This document shows positions 55,429-64,000 of a stretch of 64,000 nt of DNA, one piece after another. Every line of letters starts with the position of its first letter. The first letter of the stretch is position 1. The position numbers and the translations under genes were made by a program. The stretch spans positions 404 through 64,403 of the forward strand of contig JAICYB010000010.1 of assembly GCA_025934435.1 (NCBI GenBank), written 5' to 3'. The notes beneath the pieces are model-generated. The model had not been told where the DNA came from. It saw only the letters and a program-made list of their open reading frames with translations, and ran no database searches. This stretch comes from Actinomycetes bacterium. Lineage in GTDB: Bacteria > Actinomycetota > JAICYB01.

Positions 55429-57121
55429 GGAACGCGAGCAGCCGCTCGAGCGGCCACGTGTTGATCACCATCGCCGGATCGGCCCACCCGCGCTGGGACG
55501 TCGCCACGCCGTAATGCATGTTGCCGAGCTCCGCGACGGAATGCGCGTCGGTCGAGATGACGAAGTTCGCGCCCTGCTCCCCCGCCCATCGCACGTGATC
55601 GTCGCGAAGATCGAGGCGTGCGGGATGCGCGTTGATCTCGAGCGCGACGCCGTGCTTCACGGCCGCTTTCGCCACGGCCGCGACATCGAAGTCGATGCCC
55701 TCGCGGCGGTCGAGCCGGCGTCCGGAGGGATGCCCGACGACGTGGACGTGCGGGTTCTCGATCGCCCTGATCATCCGCTTTGTCTGCTCGACCTTCGGGA
55801 GGCGGAAGTCGGAGTGGATCGAGGCGACGCAGAGATCGAAACCGGCGAGCACGTCGTCGTCGTAGTCGAGTGATCCGTCCCGCGCGATATTCAGCTCGAC
55901 GCCGTGCAATACGCGGATGGTCGTCGCTTCGTTCGCGGCACGAACCTCCTGGCGCTGCGCGACGATCGCGTCGAGGCTGAGATTGTTCATATACGTCAAG
56001 CGCGGCCCGTGGTCAGTCGTGGCGTAGTACTCGTAGCCTTTCGCCTCCGCGGCGCGAGCCATCTCGAGCACGGAGACCTTGCCGTCCGAGTACGTCGTGT
56101 GACTCTGAAGATCGCCGCGCATCATGTCGAGTGCCACGAGCGGCGGCAGCTCGCCTTTGATCGCGGCTTCGATCTCGCCCTTGTCCTCGCGAAGCGTCGG
56201 CGCGATCCATTCCATGCCGAGCGCGGCGTAGACCTCGTCTTCGGTTCGTGACGCGATCCGTTCGTCGTCGCGGAACAGACCGTATTCCGAGAGTTTCAGG
56301 CCTCGGCGGACGGCCCGCTCCCGGACTTTGACGTTATGCGCTTGAGATCCCGTGAAGTACTGCAACGCGGCACCCCACGCCGCCGGCTCCACGACGCGCA
56401 GATCCATCTGCATCCCGCGCGTCGTCTCGACGCTGACTTTCGTGGTGCCGTCCACCTTGAGCTTCGCGATGCCGTGGAGCTTCTGGAAGAACTCGATGAC
56501 GTCGGTCGGTTCGTCCGTCGCGACGAGGATGTCGATGTCGCCGATCGTCTCGCGGTAGCGGCGAAGCGAACCGGCGAACGCGACCTGCTCGATGGCCGGA
56601 TGCTGCGCGAGCACGTCCACGAGTTCCTGCGCCATGGGCATCGCGATCGCGAGGAGCGTCCGTTCCTCGACGTGAACACCGCGTTCGAGCGCGTCGAGCA
56701 CCTGCTCCTCGAATTTCGGACCGAACCCCTTCACTTCGGAGATGCGTTTGCCTTCCGCGGCTGCCTTTAGCTCCTCGAGGTTCGAAACGCCGATCGCTTT
56801 GTAGAGCTCCATCGCGCGCTTCGGCCCGACGCCGGGCACGCGGGTCATCTCGCGGAGCCCGATCGGTACCTGCGCACGAAGGTCTTCGAGCGAGCGCATC
56901 GTCCCGCTCGTGCAGAACTCCTTGACGCGAGCGGCGACGCCCTTGCCGACACCGGGCAACGACTGCAGCTCGGCTTCGCTCAGCTCGCACACATCCCGCG
57001 ACGAACCTTCGATCCCTTCGGCGCCACGGCGGTACGCGTTGATGCGGAAACGCGTTTCGCCCTTGATCTCGAGCAGGTCCGCGATCTCGTGGAGCGCGGA
57101 CGCGACGTCCGCGTTAGACAC
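55397..57121 (-). CDS. polX: DNA polymerase X / PHP 3'-5' exonuclease
   Basis: HhH repeats, AGSLRR...GDIDIL, MDLRVV, YFTGS, GDLQSHTTYSDG, STDAH. Confidence 0.95.
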   Translation of the reverse strand: MSNADVASALHEIADLLEIKGETRFRINAYRRGAEGIEGSSRDVCELSEAELQSLPGVGKGVAARVKEFCTSGTMRSLEDLRAQVPIGLREMTRVPGVGPKRAMELYKAIGVSNLEELKAAAEGKRISEVKGFGPKFEEQVLDALERGVHVEERTLLAIAMPMAQELVDVLAQHPAIEQVAFAGSLRRYRETIGDIDILVATDEPTDVIEFFQKLHGIAKLKVDGTTKVSVETTRGMQMDLRVVEPAAWGAALQYFTGSQAHNVKVRERAVRRGLKLSEYGLFRDDERIASRTEDEVYAALGMEWIAPTLREDKGEIEAAIKGELPPLVALDMMRGDLQSHTTYSDGKVSVLEMARAAEAKGYEYYATTDHGPRLTYMNNLSLDAIVAQRQEVRAANEATTIRVLHGVELNIARDGSLDYDDDVLAGFDLCVASIHSDFRLPKVEQTKRMIRAIENPHVHVVGHPSGRRLDRREGIDFDVAAVAKAAVKHGVALEINAHPARLDLRDDHVRWAGEQGANFVISTDAHSVAELGNMHYGVATSQRGWADPAMVINTWPLERLLAFLRKGTARARP

Positions 57122-58409
57122 CGAGTACGCGGTCGAGATACGCGTTGCGGAACACACGCTTCGGGTCGAGGTCGTTGCGCACGGCGAGGAAATCGTCGAA
57201 GCGTGGGTACGCCGGCTTCAGATCGCTCGCCGTGCGGAAGTGCAGCTTGCCCCAGTGCGGACGTCCGCCGAAGCCCATCATCAGCTCCTCGACCGCTTTG
57301 AAGTACGGGACGTAATCCATCTTCTGGTACATGTGCACGGCGATGTAGCACGTCTCGCGGCCGTGCGCCGGCGACAGCAGGATGTCATCGCCTTTCACGA
57401 CGCGGAACTCGATCGGGAAGTTCACGTTGAACCCGTTCGCGTCGATCAGCTTCCGGATCCCCTCGACGGCCTCGCGCGCGTTCTCGCGCGGGATCGCGTA
57501 TTCCATCTCCGAGAAGCGGACGAGGCGCGGACTCGTGTAGACGAGATCGCTTCGGGCGACGCGGCGGATGCGTCCGACTCCGGGTGCGACGAGCTTCTGC
57601 GACATGGTCGGGATGAGGCTCGGCCGGATCCGGCCGACGCGGCACACAGCGCCGAACGCGACGTTCGACATGATGATGTCGTTCTGGAATTCCTTCCAGC
57701 GACGGCGCGGCGTCGGTGCGTCCGTCGTGCGGTTGTTCTGTTTCGTCCACGCGGACGTCGTGTGCGGGAACCAGTAGAACTCGAAGTGCTCGTTCGAATC
57801 GATGAGGGTGTCCAGGTTCGCGAGCACGTCGTCGATCTTCATCGCGTCCTCGACCGCCCGGAGGTTGAACGCGGGCTCGCACTTGAGCGTCACCGTCGAC
57901 AGGATCCCGAGGGAGCCGAGGCCGACCTGCGCGGCACGGAACGCGGTCTCGTCTTCAGAAGGCGAGAAGCGCCGGACGGATCCGTCCGCCAGCACCATCG
58001 AGAGCTCGGTGACGAAGCTCGGTATGTTGCCGAAGTTCCGTCCGGTGCCGTGCGTTGCCGTCGAGATCGAGCCGGCGATCGACTGGTAAGCGATGTCGCC
58101 GAGGTTCGACATGCCGAGTCCTTCGCGCGCGAGCGCTTCGTTCAGATCGCGGAGGCGGATGCCGGCCTGGACGGTGATCGTCCCGTTCGCTTTGTCGACG
58201 TTCAGCACCTCGCCGTAATCGTCGAGCGAGACCATGACGCCGTCGGTGCAGGCGATGTCCGTGAACGAATGCCCGGCCCCCACGACTTTGACGGTCTTTC
58301 CCGTGCGCGCGGCGTTGAGGACCGTCTCGCGGATGTCACTCTCCGACTTCGGCTTCGCCGTGCCGGACGGACTGCAGGTCTGCGTCTTCCCCCAATTGGT
58401 CCACTTCAA
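57114..58409 (-). CDS. FAD-linked sugar-lactone oxidase (arabinono-/gulono-1,4-lactone oxidase family)
   Basis: WTNWG, GAGHSF, TATHGTG, EMEY, GRPHWGK; TTG after GGAGGT. Confidence 0.92.
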   Translation of the reverse strand: MKWTNWGKTQTCSPSGTAKPKSESDIRETVLNAARTGKTVKVVGAGHSFTDIACTDGVMVSLDDYGEVLNVDKANGTITVQAGIRLRDLNEALAREGLGMSNLGDIAYQSIAGSISTATHGTGRNFGNIPSFVTELSMVLADGSVRRFSPSEDETAFRAAQVGLGSLGILSTVTLKCEPAFNLRAVEDAMKIDDVLANLDTLIDSNEHFEFYWFPHTTSAWTKQNNRTTDAPTPRRRWKEFQNDIIMSNVAFGAVCRVGRIRPSLIPTMSQKLVAPGVGRIRRVARSDLVYTSPRLVRFSEMEYAIPRENAREAVEGIRKLIDANGFNVNFPIEFRVVKGDDILLSPAHGRETCYIAVHMYQKMDYVPYFKAVEELMMGFGGRPHWGKLHFRTASDLKPAYPRFDDFLAVRNDLDPKRVFRNAYLDRVLGV

Positions 58410-58675
58410 AGTTGCGACACCTCCGTTTCGACGCCGAGGAGCAGACGTCCGGTCGGTTCGTAGGTCGAGGTTGACACGACGCGGTGTTGCGTCGCCGCGT
58501 CGATGTCACGGAAGTCGCGCCGGCCGACGACTCGCAGCGTGCACATCCGCCGGACACCGGCTTCACCGAAGGCTTGCGCGAGCTCGTCGGGGAGACGCCG
58601 GTCCGCCTCGGCCTTCGGCCCGAGCTCGCGGATCCGGGGGCCGAGCGTGTTCGCCGCATCGAGGAGTTCGCCCAC
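58406..58675 (-). pseudogene. Internally deleted acyl-CoA-dehydrogenase-fold (HsaA-like) monooxygenase remnant, 89 aa
   Basis: Family-like N-terminus (AEADRRLPDELAQAFGEAGVRRM) joined in frame to family-like C-terminus (FRDIDAATQH...GRLLLG). Confidence 0.7.
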
Positions 58676-58711
58676 GCCTTTATCCTGCCTGAAGACAAAA
58701 GGGAGGGATCG

Positions 58712-60352
58712 ATGCCACCGGGGAGCGCAGCGGAGCCGCAGCAGGTCAATCGCACGGAGATGACACCGCTCCTGTACCTCGAGCGGTCCGAACAGGTCTT
58801 CCCGGAACGGACGGGTGCCGTCTACGGCGCGCGGTCGTTCACGTATGCCGAGCTCGCCGACCGGATCAAGCGCCTCGCCACCGCGCTGCGGAGGGCCGGC
58901 ATCGAACGCGGGGACCGCGTGGCGGTGCTCTGTCCGAACGTCCCGGCGATGCTCGAAGCGACCTTCGCCATCCCGCTGCTCGGCGCCGTCATCGTGGCGA
59001 TCAACACGCGGCTCAACGCGGAGGAGATCTCGTACATCCTCGACCACTCCGGTGCTCGCATCCTCATCGCCGACGCCGAGCACGCGCAGGTGCTCGAACC
59101 GGTGAAGGACTCGCTTGGATCGGTGGAACTCGTCGTGACCGTCGACGATCCCGAGTTCGCGCCGGGGATCGCGCACGTATTCGACGGCCCCGAGTACGAA
59201 TCTTTCATCGACGTGGCTCCCGATCCATCCCTCGAGTACCGCGTCCCGAACGAAGAGGACATGTTCTCGATCAACTACACGTCGGGGACGACCGGACGTC
59301 CGAAGGGCGTTATGTTCACGCACCGCGGTGCGTACCTCAACGCGCTCGCGGAGGTCATCGACCACCGGCTCTGGACGGATTCCGTCTATCTCTGGGTCGG
59401 CCCCCCGATGTTCCATTGCAACGGCTGGTGCTTCCCGTGGGCCCTCACCGGTGTCGGTGCGCGCCACGTCCTGCTGCGCAAGATCGATCCGCCGCTCGTA
59501 TGGAAGCTCATCGAGAGCGAAAGCGTGACGCACTTCAACGGTGCTCCGACAGTGCTCATCATGCTGATCAACGACGCGAGCGCGCCGAAGCAGAAGCTCG
59601 ACCAGAAGGTGCGGATCGCGACCGGCGGCGCTCCTCCGTCGCCGACGCTGCTTGCGCAATGGGACGCGATCGGCGCCGAAGTGACGCATCTGTACGGGTT
59701 GACCGAGACCTATGGCCCGCACACGTTCTGCGACTGGCACTACGAATGGGACTCGCTCGACGCCGAGGAGCAAGCGCGGCTGCGCGCACGGCAAGGTGTC
59801 GCGAATCTCGTCGCGTGCGAGCTCCGCGTCGTCGACGACGAGATGAGCGACGTACCGCGCGACGGCGAAACGATGGGCGAGGTCTGCATGCGTGGGAACA
59901 ACGTGATGGCTGGATACTTCAACGATCCGGAAGCCACGGCGACCGCCTTCCGCGGCGGCTGGTTCCACTCCGGTGACGTCGCCGTCATGCACCCGAACGG
60001 CTATATCGAACTGCGCGACCGCAAGAAGGACATCATCATCTCCGGCGGCGAAAACATCTCGACGATCGAGATCGAGCAAGCCGTCGCGTCACACCCCGCC
60101 GTGATGGAGGTCGCAGTGATCAGCGTCCCGGACGACAAGTGGGGCGAGGTGCCGAAGGCGTTCGTCGTCTTGAAGCAGGGACAGACCGCGACGGAGGCCG
60201 AGATCATCGATCACTGCCGCAGCAAGATCGCGCACTTCAAGTGCCCCAAGGCCGTCGACTTCGGCGAGCTGCCGAAGACGTCCACCGGCAAGGTGCAGAA
60301 GTTCGTACTGCGGGACAAGGAGTGGGCGGGCCACGACAAACGGATCCACTGA
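58712..60352 (+). CDS. Acyl-CoA synthetase (AMP-forming)
   Basis: NYTSGTTGRPKG, YGLTE, FHSGD, PKTSTGK; ATG after GGGAGG. Confidence 0.94.
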   Translation: MPPGSAAEPQQVNRTEMTPLLYLERSEQVFPERTGAVYGARSFTYAELADRIKRLATALRRAGIERGDRVAVLCPNVPAMLEATFAIPLLGAVIVAINTRLNAEEISYILDHSGARILIADAEHAQVLEPVKDSLGSVELVVTVDDPEFAPGIAHVFDGPEYESFIDVAPDPSLEYRVPNEEDMFSINYTSGTTGRPKGVMFTHRGAYLNALAEVIDHRLWTDSVYLWVGPPMFHCNGWCFPWALTGVGARHVLLRKIDPPLVWKLIESESVTHFNGAPTVLIMLINDASAPKQKLDQKVRIATGGAPPSPTLLAQWDAIGAEVTHLYGLTETYGPHTFCDWHYEWDSLDAEEQARLRARQGVANLVACELRVVDDEMSDVPRDGETMGEVCMRGNNVMAGYFNDPEATATAFRGGWFHSGDVAVMHPNGYIELRDRKKDIIISGGENISTIEIEQAVASHPAVMEVAVISVPDDKWGEVPKAFVVLKQGQTATEAEIIDHCRSKIAHFKCPKAVDFGELPKTSTGKVQKFVLRDKEWAGHDKRIH

Positions 60353-60371
60353 AACCGAGCGGCTCCGGCTC

Positions 60372-60896
60372 GTGCCGATCACGGCCGAGCGCGCCGATGA
60401 TCTGTGGGCCGTCCATGCCGACGACGCCGTCGCCGAGTGGTACCCGCTGACGCGGGACGAGGCGCTCGCGCGTGCTCGCGCCTGGGGCGAGGCGTGGGAA
60501 AGCGACGGGATCTGCAAATGGCTCGCATACGAACGCGGGAGCGGTGAGCTCGTCGGACGAGGCGGTTCGTCGCTGCTTCCGGACGGTCACGCGAAGCGCG
60601 CGATCAGCGCGCTGATACCGGCGTGGGACGGCTACGAGATCGGCTGGGCGCTGCGATCGCCGTTCTGGGGGCGAGGCTACGCAACCGAGATCGGCCGCGC
60701 CGGACTCGAGCTCGCGTTCTCGATGACGGATGTCGTGGTCGCATTCACCGAACGCCACAACATCAGATCGCGTGCCGTGATGGAACGGCTCGGCATGTCA
60801 GGCGTGGGCGAGATCACCGCCGAAGGGCTCGTCGAAGGCCGCGCCGGCGTGCACGGCGACGCCCCGTTCGCGGTGTATGCGATCGAGCGACCGTGA
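60372..60896 (+). CDS. GNAT acetyltransferase (RimJ/RimL-like); start uncertain
   Basis: EIGWAL...WGRGYATE, NIRSRAVMERLGM. Confidence 0.85.
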   Translation: MPITAERADDLWAVHADDAVAEWYPLTRDEALARARAWGEAWESDGICKWLAYERGSGELVGRGGSSLLPDGHAKRAISALIPAWDGYEIGWALRSPFWGRGYATEIGRAGLELAFSMTDVVVAFTERHNIRSRAVMERLGMSGVGEITAEGLVEGRAGVHGDAPFAVYAIERP

Positions 60897-60947
60897 TCGC
60901 CACCGGACGCGGCGTTGTGTCGCGATCGTAGAGGGACATCGCCCGAA

Positions 60948-62093
60948 TCATGTTACGGGCGGGCCGACCATCCGCGCCTTGATGTCGGGACGAAGCGGTG
61001 TCGGCCTGTTGACGAGGGTTCGTCCGTCGGGATGTCGGACGGTGATCGTTCCGTTTCGCCGGCGCAGGTCGTAGCGGCGTTCGTGGATGAGACGGTGGCA
61101 TCTGCGGCAGACGACGACGAGGTTGTCGAGGTCGGTTCTTCCTCCGCGTGACCACGGGATGATGTGGTGGATCTCCGACCACGTGAGGTTGCTCGCTCCG
61201 CAGCACGCGCACTCCGTGTCACGTGCCCTGACCGCACGTTCGAGGGCCTTGGGGATGATGCGGGAGCGTCGTCCGATGCCGGTGACCGTGCCGTCCGACT
61301 CGATGATGGTCTGGACGTGGCCGTCGCAGGCCAGACGGCGTGCGACCTCGGATGCCACGACCGGTCCGTCTTCGAGGGTTGCCGTGCCGTTGACGGCGTT
61401 CAGGTCTCGGGCATCGACGTGCACGACGACCGTGGCTCGCGCTTTGTCGGCGTCCGCGCCGAGGGAGGTCGCGGCCAGTTCCACGAGGGCGTCCGCTTGG
61501 CGCTCGGCGATGGGGATCCATTCTCCGTTGGGTCCCTTCACGGGTTGCTTGATCAGGCGCTCGACGGCCTTCTTCAAGAGGGCTCCGTCGGCTCCCGGCA
61601 GCTCGCCGTGGAAGCGCAGGACCTCGGCCTTCCAGTCCCAGATCATGTTCAGCTCGCGACGCTTGTCGATGGCGGCGGTTTCGTCCCGCTCGAGGCGCTT
61701 GCGACAGCGGGCCGAGCGGCGGATCTGGGCGGCCGAGTAGCGCTGGGCTTCGAGGGCCCAGTGTGAGTCGTCGTCGGGATCGACGAAGGAGCAGAGCACC
61801 ACGAGCTTGTCCTTGGAGAGCAGGCCCTCGCCGTAGGCGGCAGCGATGGCCGGCAGGCGCTTGACGGCCCGGGCCGCCATCACATCGTTTCGAGCTGTCT
61901 CGAGCGTCATGCCGTAGCGCACGGAGATCCAGTGCTCGAGTGAGGGCACGGCGTCGTGGTACCAGGACTTCGTCCTGTCTATCACCTCGATGTACGCGAG
62001 GAAGTGCAGATCCATGGTGTTGCGCAGCGCGTTGCACTGGTCGGCCGCGAAATGTTGCGAGTCGGCATTCGTGTCACGGGCGACCGTTAGCAT
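60948..62093 (-). CDS. DUF222 / HNH endonuclease (13E12-like) protein, 381 aa
   Basis: RQADAL, ARRLACD, RAVRARDTECACCG, HHIIPWSRGGRTDLDNLVVVCRRCH. Confidence 0.9.
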   Translation of the reverse strand: MLTVARDTNADSQHFAADQCNALRNTMDLHFLAYIEVIDRTKSWYHDAVPSLEHWISVRYGMTLETARNDVMAARAVKRLPAIAAAYGEGLLSKDKLVVLCSFVDPDDDSHWALEAQRYSAAQIRRSARCRKRLERDETAAIDKRRELNMIWDWKAEVLRFHGELPGADGALLKKAVERLIKQPVKGPNGEWIPIAERQADALVELAATSLGADADKARATVVVHVDARDLNAVNGTATLEDGPVVASEVARRLACDGHVQTIIESDGTVTGIGRRSRIIPKALERAVRARDTECACCGASNLTWSEIHHIIPWSRGGRTDLDNLVVVCRRCHRLIHERRYDLRRRNGTITVRHPDGRTLVNRPTPLRPDIKARMVGPPVT

Positions 62094-62108
62094 CGAACAT
62101 ATGTTCGC
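62093..62108. promoter_or_regulatory. LexA (SOS) box at the DUF222-HNH start
   Basis: TCGAACATATGTTCGC matches the actinobacterial TCGAAC-N4-GTTCGA box with one terminal mismatch. Confidence 0.85.
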
Positions 62109-62156
62109 ATACGGTAGTGACAAGGAACGAGCCCCACCGGCAAAGTAAGAGGAGAC

Positions 62157-62711
62157 ATGGCAACCGTTCGTGAGGGGCGGCGGTCCGTCCTGCTGGTCGT
62201 CGACGTCCAGAAGGGCGTCATGGCCGAAGCGTGGGACGCGGAGCGCGTCGTAGCCAATGTCGCCCGAACCGTCGAACGCGCGCGCAGCACCGGCGTCCCC
62301 GTCGTGTGGGTGCAGCACAACGACGAAGAGCTCCCGCGCAACACCGAACCGTGGGAGCTCGCGCTCGAGCCCGGCCCCGGCGAAGTCGTCGTGCACAAGA
62401 ACTTCAACTCATCCTTCGAGGACACGACGCTCGAGGACGAACTCGCCAAGATCGGCGCGACGAGCATCACGCTCGCGGGGGCCGCGACGAACTGGTGCAT
62501 CCGCGCGACCGCCTACGGCGCGCTCGATCGCGGCTACGACCTGACCCTCGTTTCCGACGCGCACACGACGGGCGGATTCGAGCTCGCGAGTGGCAAGCGC
62601 GTCGAAGCCGAGGACATCGTTACGGAGCTCAACGTCGTGATGCAGTGGGTGACCTATCCCGGGCGCACGAGCCGAACGGCTACGTCCGACGCGATCGACT
62701 TCTCGACGTGA
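62157..62711 (+). CDS. Isochorismatase / cysteine hydrolase family protein
   Basis: LLVVDVQ, VHKNFNSSF, GAATNWCI, DAHTT. Confidence 0.9.
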   Translation: MATVREGRRSVLLVVDVQKGVMAEAWDAERVVANVARTVERARSTGVPVVWVQHNDEELPRNTEPWELALEPGPGEVVVHKNFNSSFEDTTLEDELAKIGATSITLAGAATNWCIRATAYGALDRGYDLTLVSDAHTTGGFELASGKRVEAEDIVTELNVVMQWVTYPGRTSRTATSDAIDFST

Positions 62712-63121
62712 CACGTACGGCGTTCATCGATCACTTCGGCATCGGCGTTCCCGATCTCGCGGCGGCCAAGGCGTACTACGACGAGCTGATGCCCGTTCTG
62801 GGGATGAAGCAGTGGTTCCCCACCGCTCCGGACGGGACGTTCAACTACGGCCCGGACGGGGCGCGCGGCACGCAGGTGTTCTTCTATCAAGCGCTCGAAC
62901 CGTCCGATCACTCACGGCACGGCACGGGTCTGCAGCACATCGCCTTCATGGTCGAGAGCCGAGCCATCGTGCGCGAGGCGCACGCCTGGGCACTCGCACG
63001 GGACGCTGAGATCGTCCACGCGCCGCGCGAGTTCCCTGAGTACGGCGAGCACTACGCGACGTTCTGGCTCGACCCCCACGGCTTCATGCTCGAAGCGTGG
63101 AGCTTCGCTCCCGAGAGCTGA
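62708..63121 (+). CDS. VOC (glyoxalase-like) family protein
   Basis: DHFGIGVPDL, GLQHIAF, FWLDPHGFMLE; GTGA overlap. Confidence 0.88.
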   Translation: MTRTAFIDHFGIGVPDLAAAKAYYDELMPVLGMKQWFPTAPDGTFNYGPDGARGTQVFFYQALEPSDHSRHGTGLQHIAFMVESRAIVREAHAWALARDAEIVHAPREFPEYGEHYATFWLDPHGFMLEAWSFAPES

Positions 63122-63659
63122 GCTCGCACAGACCGTCCGAGCCGATGTTCGCCGCGTGGTTCTGGATGTTGTACACGTGTTCACTCGCGACGATCCAGGC
63201 GATCTCGCAGATCTCGCGCTCGCTGTAGAACCGCGCGAGCCGCTCGAACGTTTCGGGCTCGACGTGCTTCGTCCGCGTGAGCTCGACGGCGTAGTCGAGC
63301 GCGGCGCGTTCGCCCTCCGTGAACAGCGGGCTCGTCTCGTATTCGGGCAAAGCGTCGAACTTCGCCAGGTTCTCCGGCGCCTTGTTCAGGACGAACCACC
63401 GCTGCGAGTCCATGCAGAACAGGCACGCGTTCGTCCGTGACACGATCTCCCGGATGAACTGCGCGGTCGCCTGAGGCAGCTCCAGCTTCTTGTCGAGCCG
63501 CGAGATCTTGAAGTTCCACGACAGAAAGGCGAACGGCATGCGTGCCGAGCCGACCTTGAGCGGCGTCGGCACCTTGCCGAGCATCCGCCGCGTCAACCAG
63601 TAGACGAGCCGCAGGCGCAGTCCGTGCGGCTTCTCGATGGGCTGCAGATACGGTCCCAT
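63084..63659 (-). CDS. Carboxymuconolactone decarboxylase / AhpD-like protein
   Basis: SRTNACLFCMD CxxC, FTEGERAALDY; ATG after AAGGAG. Confidence 0.85.
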   Translation of the reverse strand: MGPYLQPIEKPHGLRLRLVYWLTRRMLGKVPTPLKVGSARMPFAFLSWNFKISRLDKKLELPQATAQFIREIVSRTNACLFCMDSQRWFVLNKAPENLAKFDALPEYETSPLFTEGERAALDYAVELTRTKHVEPETFERLARFYSEREICEIAWIVASEHVYNIQNHAANIGSDGLCELSSRERSSTLRA

Positions 63660-63684
63660 GACTATCTCCTTTCGTTTCTCCGTA

Positions 63685-63738
63685 GACACGCGGGAGACCT
63701 CGGATGTGACATGTCACATCCGAGCTGCGTTTCGGGTC
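63685..63738. promoter_or_regulatory. Divergent ECF41-type promoters sharing a 26-bp perfect palindrome
   Basis: Plus strand TGTCACA-16-GGTC and minus strand TGTCACA-16-TGTC; palindrome 63699-63724. Confidence 0.82.
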
Positions 63739-63750
63739 ATATGGGTAGAC

Positions 63751-64000
63751 ATGGACGACCTCGTCACGCGCTTCGAAGAGCACCGTCCGCGCCTCCGTGC
63801 CGTCGCCTACCGCATGCTCGGCTCTCTGGCCGAGGCGGACGACGCCGTCCAGGACGCATGGCTCCGTCTCGGCCGGACGAACCCCGACGAGATCGAGAAT
63901 CTCGGCGCGTGGCTCACGACGGTCGTCGCACGGATCTGCCTCAACATGCTGCGATCACGTCGGGACGAACCACTCGACTCGCACCTTCCCGATCCGATCG
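63751..64000 (+). CDS. ECF41 (SigJ-like) sigma factor, N-terminal part (runs off window end)
   Basis: Manual translation MDDLVTRFEEHRPRLRAVAYRMLGSLAEADDAVQDAWLRL...WLTTVVARICLNMLRSR...HLPDPI. Confidence 0.9.
   Translation, partial: MDDLVTRFEEHRPRLRAVAYRMLGSLAEADDAVQDAWLRLGRTNPDEIENLGAWLTTVVARICLNMLRSRRDEPLDSHLPDPI

Noticed and set aside
60948-62396. 482-aa version of the HNH ORF
   Set aside because: The extension is antisense to the isochorismatase gene; SOS box and promoter spacing support the start at 62093

Overview
High-GC bacterial DNA, most consistent with a deep-branching Actinomycetota genome (actinobacterial-type ChdC, UPF0182/PDZ/zincin neighbourhood, DUF222-HNH with an actinobacterial SOS box, ECF41 sigma, many TANNNT leaderless starts). 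1-8 kb holds a SUF Fe-S operon: sufB carries a 381-aa LAGLIDADG intein and is separated from sufD-Rieske fdx-sufC-sufS by a MarR/MFS insert, and both halves share an upstream motif. 9-35.5 kb is a cell-surface region around tRNA-fMet. It contains two GT-C-like membrane proteins, a GT2 + DUF2304 + flippase lipid-sugar module, two methyltransferases, three tandem BclA-like (Gly-X-Thr)n collagens of graded length, a TPR lipoprotein, a ~1640-aa M6 protease with six PPC-like repeats, a double beta-propeller and two beta-helix proteins. This is the best candidate for an undescribed system: a glycosylated collagen surface layer. 35.5-64 kb is mostly housekeeping, with several oddities: a CBS-citrate synthase fusion, a HicB-like/thioredoxin fusion, fused AhbAB together with ChdC, an orphan kinase inside the PDZ-UPF0182 operon, an internally deleted monooxygenase remnant and back-to-back ECF41 promoters. 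All calls come from motif recognition by eye; no searches were run.
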